Source of the DNA: Eledone cirrhosa
Lineage: Eukaryota
Direction of reading: 5' to 3'
Assembly (NCBI GenBank): GCA_964016885.1
Contig: OZ024743.1
Span: forward strand, 212,784,001-212,848,000
Length of the DNA: 64,000 nucleotides
Shown: positions 53,756 through 64,000 of the stretch, in pieces
Layout of the letters: each line of letters begins with the position of its first letter
How positions within the stretch are numbered: the stretch's first letter is position 1
Made by a program: the position numbers and the translations under genes
Notes under the pieces: model-generated
Seen by the model: only the letters and a program-made list of their open reading frames with translations
What the model was told of the DNA's origin: nothing
Databases searched by the model: none

Positions 53756-54415
53756 TAAACTACATCCTCATTTATTTTCTCATCTATCTAGACTACATTT
53801 TAACCCGCAATTCATGTTTCATTTCTGTTCCACCCCATTTCTCCCCCTCCTTGGCTGACCAAATGCTTTGCTTAATTGTTTTATTTATTTAAAATTTTTT
53901 TTTATTCTTTCTCTTAGATTTCAGGTATTTTTTGAAAGCAAAGCATTGGCCGCTAAAATACCACAGTGAGCCGGCAATGCTACTGTGGGCTCTTGCAATG
54001 CTACTGTGGGACCCCTGGGGCCCACTTGCCATTGGGCAACCTGGCCAGTCCGCCACTACATACACACAGTCATGCATACGTACACTGCCGGCCTTCCACA
54101 AACAGCCTTGCCCGGACTTGTGCCTCGGAGGGAAACTTTCTAGGTGCAAATCCCACGGTGATACGTGATCAAATGAGGGGGGGGGGTATTTATTTGTTTA
54201 TTTATTTATTTATTTATTTATTCCTTAGTTTCTCTCAAGCGCCAATATCCTTATAATATTCTCATCTCTTCTTCCATTCACAGCCGAAACCAATCCATAA
54301 CTTGAGCGAACCAGACCTTGAAGAGGCCAAACGTATCGGATTTCTGGAAGGTAGGAAGACTAAAACACGCAAATATACACACTCATGCGCATACGCACGC
54401 ACACACACATATATA

Positions 54416-54660
54416 TATTAAGAAAAACGATGAAGTTCCGTTAACACGTAGTTTTTTCTAATTGTGTATCGACCTGTTACGCACATTTCGCAAGGGTTTG
54501 GCTCAACGTCACTCATATTTTTTGTTGAATCACCAGCCTGAAAAGCAGTGTGAAGAGCAGATCAATATTGACACCGGGTCCACAACTTCTATGGGTGACC
54601 TTAATTGTCGATACACAATAAACTAACTACGTTTAAACGATACTTCATCGTTTCCTAATA
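54416..54660. mobile_element. MITE with ~55-bp imperfect TIRs
   Basis: AAACGATGAAGT...ATTGTGTATCGAC and its inverse. Confidence 0.7.
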
Positions 54661-54729
54661 TATGCGCTCTGCCTGTACATAGATGGCTCATTTTATTACC
54701 ACCTCCAATAGTTCACTGAATCACATACA

Positions 54730-54808
<79 letters not shown>

Positions 54809-54845
54809 GTATATATATATATATTATATGTATATATATAATATA

Positions 54846-55114
54846 TCATTATCTATAAAAGGCAGATTGTTGTTGTTGTGAGTGTGTGCATGTTCCATGT
54901 TTATACATTTGCACAATTTCAAACCGATTCGACTTAAAGTCTGTAAGAATGTTGTAAATGGTCTAACGTAGGTCAACGATTATTTATTTCATTCACACTC
55001 ACCCACAATTACGGAAATAATCGATAAAACTAAATACATGACGCTTTACCCCTCTAATACAATCAGATTTTCCTCTCTCAACTCCCCTTAAACTTTAAGA
55101 GAGAGAGAGAGAGT

Positions 55115-55161
<47 letters not shown>

Positions 55162-55845
55162 TTTGTTTTTGAGTGTGGAACGGTCAAACATTTATTTACT
55201 TCAATGACAAAAGAACTTATTACATTTCATACGAAACACCAATTATTCAAAAGCAACAGATAAATTTATTCAACAACAACAAAAAAATAGCGATAAATCT
55301 TTTTTAAAACATCTATCAACGAACGTGGAAAAAAGAAGTATCAGTTCAATTACTATACACAATAATATCCTCTATGTGGTCACTAAACCTGCTAGAAACA
55401 GCAGCTAACTCTCCCCCATATCACACCACTCCCTACTGTCTTAAATTTAGAAAACATATCCTCTATAAGGTCACTAAACCTGCTAGAAACAGCAGCTAAC
55501 TCTCCCCCCGTATCACACCCCTCCCTACTGTCTTAAATTTAGAAAACACACATTAGACAACCATGCAGAACAACTCCATCGCAGCTCTGTTGTTCGGCTG
55601 GCATCGTCTACGCGCGTGTTGCGCAAGTACTGTGAAACAATAAATTTCAACACTTCTTTGCACAGAGATAATATCCATAGGTGAAACTACAATTGTCACT
55701 GCTGGCGCAGTTCCTGCTTCGGCAGTCCAGGTCTGCAATTCATTCACCCAGTGCCTGGCAGACAAAAAGTGCTGCCATAAAATGTGTGGTGCACCCTAAC
55801 TTTGGTAACTTACTGACCCCGAACAACGCCGGGCTTTAATGCTAG
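54846..55845 (+). mobile_element. Non-autonomous Helitron
   Basis: A|TC start, subterminal CCCG...CGGG hairpin, CTAG|T end; internal (GA)n and a ~90-bp tandem duplication. Confidence 0.7.
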
Positions 55846-56136
55846 TATATATATATATATATATATATATATGTGATATGTTGGTTGAATACTGATGAGT
55901 TCTTCCCATTCTGGGGTTCTCGAAAGGGTAAATGAACTCTGGCGAGAACTCCAAGTTGGGAAGAATTCATCAGTACTCCACCAACATAACAGAATGGGGG
56001 CACTCTAGTGTATGTTTGTGTGTACATATATATATATTTATGTATATATCTACATATACACACACACATTTTTTATATATACATATATATGTATACACAC
56101 ACACACACTCACACACACACGCACACACACATATAT

Positions 56137-56249
<113 letters not shown>

Positions 56250-57115
56250 TGCACTGCTGAGACCGAGGAGACCACTAATCATGGGAGTACTCGATATATG
56301 GGGAGATGCAGAGTGGGTATAGAGGTCATAAGTATTTAAGTATTCATTGTCATATGTAAGTAGGAGGCCCAGTTCATCAGTGTCAACGTCACAGAACTCT
56401 ACCTCACTCTCACTGATTATTTCCACACATTTTCCTACAGCAAAATCAATGTCAATAGATGGGTACAGGGACATTACATCCATACTGCCTTTATGTAGTT
56501 TATTAAGTTTTCGTTGTTGTTGCATTCATTGATTCTGATAAGGAGGTCCTCTGTGCTGTCAAATACATCTGGGAACATCTTAATTATGGGGCGTATAATC
56601 ATAAAGAAGAAGTAGAAGATCCTGTAGTTGCTAGCAATATTGGCTCCGCATACAGGCCTTGTTGGTGGTCCTGTTATAAGGTCGTTCATTGTTTTATGGT
56701 CTTTGCGGAGCCCATACAAGGATGGTATGTCATTGTTAGAGGTTTGGAAACTATTGGCTGTACGTCTACTTGGTTTTAGGATGTCAGTCCACATCATGTG
56801 AACATTGAGGATCTTTTCTCTTTCTTCATGTGTCTGGGGTGTTGTTTCGCTCGTGTTGATGATATGGGGTTGCATAGCCTTGATGTAGTTTGGCATGTTG
56901 TCTATTGACATCCTACCGGATTTGTCTGTGGGTAGACACTCTAGCTCACCATCCCTTGTGCGCTGCATGAGGCTAAGTAAGCCTTCTACAGGTTGTTGAA
57001 TCACTGGTCTGTTTTGTCTCCTAGTATATTGTTCTACTTCCTGTCTAAGTTTATTTCTAGCTATGGTAAACTGTGCCTCTGTTTGTTTAAACTGTGCCTC
57101 TGTTTGTTGTGGTAT
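56250..57115 (-). mobile_element. Penelope-like RT fragment related to 48453-52620
   Basis: PTDKSGRMS, LYGLRKDHK, GPPTRPVCGANIASNY and SMDVMSLYPSI. Confidence 0.88.
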
Positions 57116-57140
57116 ACAAAGCCCTTTATATATATGTAAA

Positions 57141-57180
<40 letters not shown>

Positions 57181-57242
57181 GTGTGTGTGTGTGTGAGTGT
57201 ATGTGTGTCTGGAGGTGGGTGTGGGTGTATGTGTGGACACGT

Positions 57243-57412
57243 TTTTTTCATGTCGTTCCAAGAAATCTTTGTAGAAGGTGTGATCGACTATCTGTCCTTG
57301 AGGTAAAAATTCTTTGTGAACAATACCACGGCTGTCGAAAAAATGAGTCATCGTTTTCACCCTGGATCTGCTCACCCGTGCTTTCTTCGGACGCGGACAA
57401 TTTTTCCGTATG
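57243..57412 (-). pseudogene. Mariner transposase fragment
   Basis: RPKKARVSRSRVKTM..FFDSRGIVHKEFLPQGQ. Confidence 0.8.
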
Positions 57413-58184
57413 AGCACTCTATGCTCTTAGAGAGCAGAGTATGATATCACAAAAAAAAAAAAGAGAATCAGTGTTGCGACGAATGGAATTTATTGGACAT
57501 ATTACAATCGTTTCTCTGCCGATCAGCTCGAGGCACGATCGATGTGGTGATGGAACTTGACTCTGAAAATCGCAAGGTCCTCAGATACGTCTTGATTCTA
57601 CGAAGCAGATTTTCCTGTCCCTTTACATCGATATACTTCGCTTGTCGGCCGACAGAAACAACTGATGACAGAAACAACAACTGCACTGACACACAGGACA
57701 CACACATACATACAGGGAGACATACTGACACACACATACACACAGAAACACAGGGACACACACAGACACATATAGACGCACAGACAGACACACTACCTCT
57801 TTGTTATTTTCTCATCTATGCTGCATACACACACACACACTCACACACACACTCACACAAACAAACACACATTCCCACACACGAGGAGACACACGCACAT
57901 TCTCTCTCCCTCACACACACACTCACACCTTTGTTTCTGTATACTTCAGATACTTTTGATAGACTTCATTTGACTAAAATATCGGAAATAATCGATGACG
58001 TCCATCACCCGTGAGTGGTTTTAATCTTTTCACTATTATCTCTTTATATGCATCTTTTATCTCCTACCTATTCCTGTCGACGGCTTGAGGTCATGCTGGA
58101 GCACTGCTATTGAATATATACAGTTTTTGGCTGTTCAGTTATAATGGGAAGAAGTGCTGAGTCCATGACACTTTTCAGGGCCTC

Positions 58185-61100
58185 CAGGTCTGATAGGAAG
58201 AGAGAGTGGGAGTTATCCCTGAAACTGGAGACCTGGTTTGATAGGAAGAGAGAGTGGGAGTTATCCCTGAAACTGGAGACCTGGTTTGATAGGAAGAGAG
58301 GGTGGGAGTTATCCCTGAAACTGGAGACCAGGTCTGATAGGAAGAGAGGGTGGGAGTTATCCCTGAAACTGGAGACCTGGCTTGATAGGAAGAGAGGGTG
58401 GGAGTAATCCCTGAAACAGTGGAGACTTGGCTTGATAGGAAGAGAGAGTGAGAGTTATCCCTGAAACACTGGAGACCTGGTTTGATAGGAAGAGAGGGTG
58501 GGAGTAATCCCTGAAACAGTGGAGACTTGGCTTGATAGGAAGAGAGGGTGGGAGTAATCCCTGAAACAGTGGAGACTTGGCTTGATAGGAAGAGAGGGTG
58601 GGAGTAATCCCTGAAACACTGGAGACCTGGCTTGATAGGAAGAGAGGGTGGGAGTTATGCCTGAAAGTGGAGACCTGGCTTGATAGGAAGAGAGGGTGGG
58701 AGTTATCCCTGAAACACTGGAGACCTGGCTTGATAGGAAGAGAGGGTGGGAGTTATCCATGAAACTCTGGAGACCTCGCTTGATAGGAAGAGAGGGTGGG
58801 AGTTATCCCTGAAACTCTGGAGACCTCGCTTGATAGGAAGAGAGGGTGGGAGTTATCCCTGAAAGTGGAGACCTGGCTTGATAGGAAGAGAGGGTGGGAG
58901 TTATCCCTGAAACACTGGAGACCTGGCTTGATAGGAAGAGAGGGTGGGAGTTATCCATGAAACTCTGGAGACCTCGCTTGATAGGAAGAGAGGGTGGGAG
59001 TTATCCCTGAAACTCTGGAGACCTCGCTTGATAGGAAGAGAGGGTGGGAGTTATCCCTGAAAGTGGAGACCTGGCTTGATAGGAAGAGAGGGTGGGAGTT
59101 ATCGCTGAAACACTGGAGACCTGGCTTGATAGGAAGAGAGGGTGGGAGTTATCCATGAAACTCTGGAGACCTCGCTTGATAGGAAGAGAGGGTGGGAGTT
59201 ATCCCTGAAACTCTGGAGACCTCGCTTGATAGGAAGAGAGGGTGGGAGTTATCCCTGAAAGTGGAGACCTGGCTTGATAGGAAGAGAGGGTGGGAATTAT
59301 CCCTGAAACACTGGAGACCTGGCTTGATAGGAAGAGAGGGTGGGAGTTATCCCTGAAACTCTGGAGACCTCGCTTGATAGGAAGAGAGGGTGGGAGTTAT
59401 CCCTGAAACACTGGAGACCTGGCTTGATAGGAAGAGAGGGTGGGAGTTATCCCTGAAACACTGGAGACTTGGCTTGATAGGAAGAGAGGGTGGGAGTTAT
59501 CCCTGAAACACTGGAGACTTGGCTTGATAGGAAGAGAGGGTGGGAGTTATCCCTGAAACTCTGGAGACCTGGTTTGATAGGAAGAGAGGGTGGGAGTTAT
59601 CCCTGAAACTCTGGAGACCTGGTTTGATAGGAAGAGAGGGTGGGAGTTATCCCTGAAACTCTGGAGACCTGGTTTGATAGGAAGAGAGGGTGGGAGTTAT
59701 CCCTGAAAGTGGAGACCTGGCTTGATAGGAAGAGAGGGTGGGAGTTATCCCTGAAACACTGGAGACCTGGCTTGATAGGAAGAGAGGGTGGGAGTTATCC
59801 CTGAAACTCTGGAGACCTCGCTTGATAGGAAGAGAGGGTGGGAGTTATCCCTGAAACTCTGGAGACCTCGCTTGATAGGAAGAGAGGGTGGGAGTTATCC
59901 CTGAAACACTGGAGACCTGGCTTGATAGGAAGAGAGGGTGGGAGTTATCCCTGAAACACTGGAGACCTGGCTTGATAGGAAGAGAGGGTGGGAGTTATCC
60001 CTGAAACTGGAGACCTGGCTTGATAGGAAGAGAGGGTGGGAGTTATCCCTGAAACACTGGAGACCTGGTTTGATAGGAAGAGAGGGTGGGAGTTATCCCT
60101 GAAACACTGGAGACCTCGCTTGATAGGAAGAGAGGGTGAGAGTTATCCCTGAAACACTGGAGACCTGGCTTGATAGGAAGAGAGGGTGGGAGTTATCCCT
60201 GAAACACTGGAGACCTGGCTTGATAGGAAGAGAGGGTGGGAGTTATCCCTGAAACTGGAGACCTGGCTTGATAGGAAGAGAGGGTGGGAGTTATCCCTGA
60301 AACACTGGAGACCTGGCTTGATAGGAAGAGAGGGTGGGAGTTATCCCTGAAACTGGAGACCTGGCTTGATAGGAAGAGAGGGTGGGAGTTATCCCTGAAA
60401 CTGGAGACCTGGTTTGATAGGAAGAGAGGGTGGGAGTTATCCCTGAAACACTGGAGACCTCGCTTGATAGGAAGAGAGGGTGGGAGTTATCCCTGAAACT
60501 GGAGACCTGGTTTGATAGGAAGAGAGGGTGGGAGTTATCCCTGAAACACTGGAGACCTCGCTTGATAGGAAGAGAGGGTGGGAGTTATCCCTGAAACTGG
60601 AGACCTGGTTTGATAGGAAGAGAGGGTGGGAGTTATCCCTGAAACACTGGAGACCTCGCTTGATAGGAAGAGAGGGTGGGAGTTATCCCTGAAACACTGG
60701 AGACCTGGCTTGATAGGAAGAGAGGGTGGGAGTTATCCCTGAAACTGGAGACCTGGCTTGATAGGAAGAGAGGGTGGGAGTTATCCCTGAAACTGGAGAC
60801 CTGGTTTGATAGGAAGAGAGGGTGGGAGTTATCCCTGAAACACTGGAGACCTCGCTTGATAGGAAGAGAGGGTGGGAGTTATCCCTGAAACTCTGGAGAC
60901 CTCGCTTGATAGGAAGAGAGGGTGGGAGTTATCCCTGAAAGTGGAGACCTGGTTTGATAGGAAGAGAGGGTGGGAGTTATCCCTGAAACACTGGAGACCT
61001 GGCTTGATAGGAAGAGAGGGTGGGAGTTATCCCTGAAACTGGAGACTTGGCTTGATAGGAAGAGAGGGTGGGAGTTATTCCTGAAACTCTGGAGACCTGG

Positions 61101-64000
61101 CTTGATAGGAAGAGAGGGTGGGAGTTATCCCTGAAACACTGGAGACCTCGCTTGATAGGAAGAGAGGGTGGGAGTTATCCCTGAAACACTGGAGACTTGG
61201 CTTGATAGGAAGAGAGGGTGGGAGTTATCCCGAAACACTGGAGACCTCGCTTGATAGGAAGAGAGAGTGGGTGTTATCCCTGAAACACTGGAGACTTGGC
61301 TTGATAGGAAGAGAGGGTGGGAGTTATCCCTGAAAGTGGAGACCTGGCTTGATAGGAAGAGAGGGTGGGAGTTATCCCTGAAAGTGGAGACCTGGCTTGA
61401 TAGGAAGAGAGGGTGGGAGTTATCCCTGAAACTGGAGACCTGGCTTGATAGGAAGAGAGGGTGGGAGTTATCCCTGAAACTCTGGAGACCTCGCTTGATA
61501 GGAAGAGAGGGTGGGAGTTATCCCTGAAAGTGGAGACCTGGCTTGATAGGAAGAGAGGGTGGGAGTTATCCCTGAAACTGGAGACCTGGTTTGATAGGAA
61601 GAGAGGGTGGGAGTTATCCCTGAAACTCCGGAGACCTCGCTTGATAGGAAGAGAGGGTGGGAGTTATCCCTGAAACTCTGGAGACCTCGCTTGATAGGAA
61701 GAGAGGGTGGGAGTTATCCCTGAAACTGGAGACTTGGCTTGATAGGAAGAGAGGGTGGGAGTTATCCCTGAAACACTGGAGACCTGGCTTGATAGGAAGA
61801 GAGGGTGGGAGTTATCCCTGAAACTGGAGACCTGGTTTGATAGGAAGAGAGGGTGGGAGTTATCCCTGAAACTGGAGACCTGGTTTGATAGGAAGAGAGG
61901 GTGGGAGTTATCCCTGAAACTCTGGAGACCTCGCTTGATAGGAAGAGAGGGTGGGAGTTATCCCTGAAACTGGAGACCTGGTTTGATAGGAAGAGAGGGT
62001 GGGAGTTATCCCTGAAACTCTGGAGACCTCGCTTGATAGGAAGAGAGGGTGGGAGTTATCCCTGAAACTGGAGACCTGGTTTGATAGGAAGAGAGGGTGG
62101 GAGTTATCCCTGAAACTCTGGAGACCTCGCTTGATAGGAAGAGAGGGTGGGAGTAATCCCTGAAACTCTGGAGACTTGGCTTGATAGGAAGAGAGAGTGG
62201 GAGTTATCCCTGAAACACTGGAGACCTCGCTTGATAGGAAGAGAGGGTGGGAGTTATCCCTGAAACTGGAGACTTGGCTTGATAGGAAGAGAGGGTGGGA
62301 GTTATCCCTGAAACTCTGGAGACCTCGCTTGATAGGAAGAGAGGGTGAGAGTTATCCCTGAAACTCTGGAGACTTGGCTTGATAGGAAGAGAGGATGGGA
62401 GTTATCCCTGAAACTCTGGAGACCTCGCTTGATAGGAAGAGAGGGTGAGAGTTATCCCTGAAACTCTGGAGACCTCGCTTGATAGGAAGAGAGGGTGGGA
62501 GTTATCCCTGAAACAGTAGAGACTTGGCTTGATAGGAAGAGAGGGTGGGAGTTATCCCTGAAACTCTGGAGACTTGGCTTGATAGGAAGAGAGGGTGGGA
62601 GTTATCCCTGAAACTCTGGAGACTTGGCTTGATAGGAAGAGAGGGTGGGAGTTATCCCTGAAACTGGAGACCTGGCTTGATAGGAAGAGAGGGTGGGAAT
62701 TATCCATGAAACTCTGGAGACCTGGCTTGATAGGAAGAGAGGGTGGGAGTTATCCCTGAAACAATGGAGACCTCGCTTGATAGGAAGAGAGGGTGGGAGT
62801 TATCCCTGAAACACTGGAGACCTCGCTTGATAGGAAGAGAGGGTGGGAGTTATCCCTGAAACTCTGGAGACCTCGCTTGATAGGAAGAGAGGGTGGGAGT
62901 TATCCTTGAAACTCTGGAGACCTCGCTTGATAGGAAGAGAGGGTGGGAGTTATCCCTGAAACACTGGAGACTTGGCTTGATAGGAAGAGAGGGTGGGAGT
63001 TATCCCTGAAACACTGGAGACCTGGCTTGATAGGAAGAGAGCGTGGGAGTTATCCCTGAAACTGGAGACCTGGCTTAATAAGAAGAGAGGGTGGGAGTTA
63101 TCCCTGAAACACTGGAGACCTGGCTTGATAGGAAGAGAGGGTGGGAGTTATCCCTGAAACTCTGGAGACCTCGCTTGATAGGAAGAGAGGGTGGGAGTTA
63201 TCCCTGAAAGTGGAGACCTGGCTTGATAGGAAGAGAGGGTGGGAGTTATCCCTGAAAGTGGAGACCTGGCTTGATAGGAAGAGAGGGTGGGAGTTATCCC
63301 TGAAACTGGAGACCTGGCTTGATAGGAAGAGAGGGTGGGAGTTATCCCTGAAACTCTGGAGACCTCGCTTGATAGGAAGAGAGGGTGGGAGTTATCCCTG
63401 AAAGTGGAGACCTGGCTTGATAGGAAGAGAGGGTGGGAGTTATCCCTGAAACTGGAGACCTGGCTTGATAGGAAGAGAGGGTGGGAGTTATCCCTGAAAG
63501 TGGAGACCTGGCTTGATAGGAAGAGAGGGTGGGAGCTATCCCTGAAACTGGAGACCTGGCTTGATAGGAAGAGAGGGTGGGAGTTATCCCTGAAAGTGGA
63601 GACCTGGCTTGATAGGAAGAGAGGGTGGGAGTCATCCCTGAAACTGGAGACCTGGCTTGATAGGAAGAGAGGGTGGGAGTTATCCCTGAAACACCGGAGA
63701 CCTGGCTTGATAGGAAGAGAGGGTGGGAGTTATCCCTGAAAGTGGAGACCTGGCTTGATAGGAAGAGAGGGTGGGAGTTATCCCTGAAAGTGGAGACCTG
63801 GCTTGATAGGAAGAGAGGGTGGGAGTTATCCCTGAAACACCGGAGACCTGGCTTGATAGGAAGAGAGGGTGGGAGTTATCCCTGAAAGTGGAGACCTGGC
63901 TTGATAGGAAGAGAGGGTGGGAGTTATCCCTGAAAGTGGAGACCTGGCTTGATAGGAAGAGAGGGTGGGAGTTATTCCTGAAACTGGAGACTTGGCTTGA
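58185..64000. repeat. Satellite of 48/50-bp units (GGAGACCTGGCTTGATAGGAAGAGAGGGTGGGAGTTATCCCTGAAA[CA]CT), more than 110 copies, runs off the window end
   Basis: Continuous head-to-tail array, seen directly. Confidence 0.98.

Noticed and set aside
55892-55932. CTGATGA...CGAAA hammerhead candidate
   Set aside because: Stem II does not pair and the motif is buried in a longer hairpin
58144-63885. Repetitive ORFs (LETWLDRKRGWELSLK)n
   Set aside because: Artefact of 48-bp units; 50-bp units break the frame constantly

Overview
A repeat-saturated eukaryotic window with no host protein-coding gene I can support. The SINE types and the abundance of (TA)n, (CA)n, (AAT)n and (ATGT)n tracts suggest a mollusc, probably an octopus (inference). 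Both ends are satellites: a 28-bp unit at 1-850 and a 48/50-bp unit from 58185 to the end. Between them are a degenerate U2 snRNA copy, Tx1/L1-like, RTE and R4/Dong-like LINE remnants, several Penelope-like elements (RT + GIY-YIG), two non-autonomous Helitrons, hAT and mariner MITEs, a TGT...ACA element with a CCGT duplication, many tRNA-derived SINEs, and a tandem segmental duplication at about 29.1-40.7 kb. The most notable signal is a set of hammerhead ribozyme motifs. The best example is a non-coding ~317-bp unit repeated in tandem and inverted form (38639-39525) that carries a type I hammerhead with a compensatory U3-A8 core, a palindromic stem III and a long stem I, resembling a retrozyme or Penelope pseudo-LTR able to produce circular RNA. 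Other oddities include a ~304-bp duplication flanking a LINE, twin-priming-type inversions in RTE copies, and a fold-back element with tRNA promoters in both arms. All structures were read by eye and coordinates may be off by a few bases.
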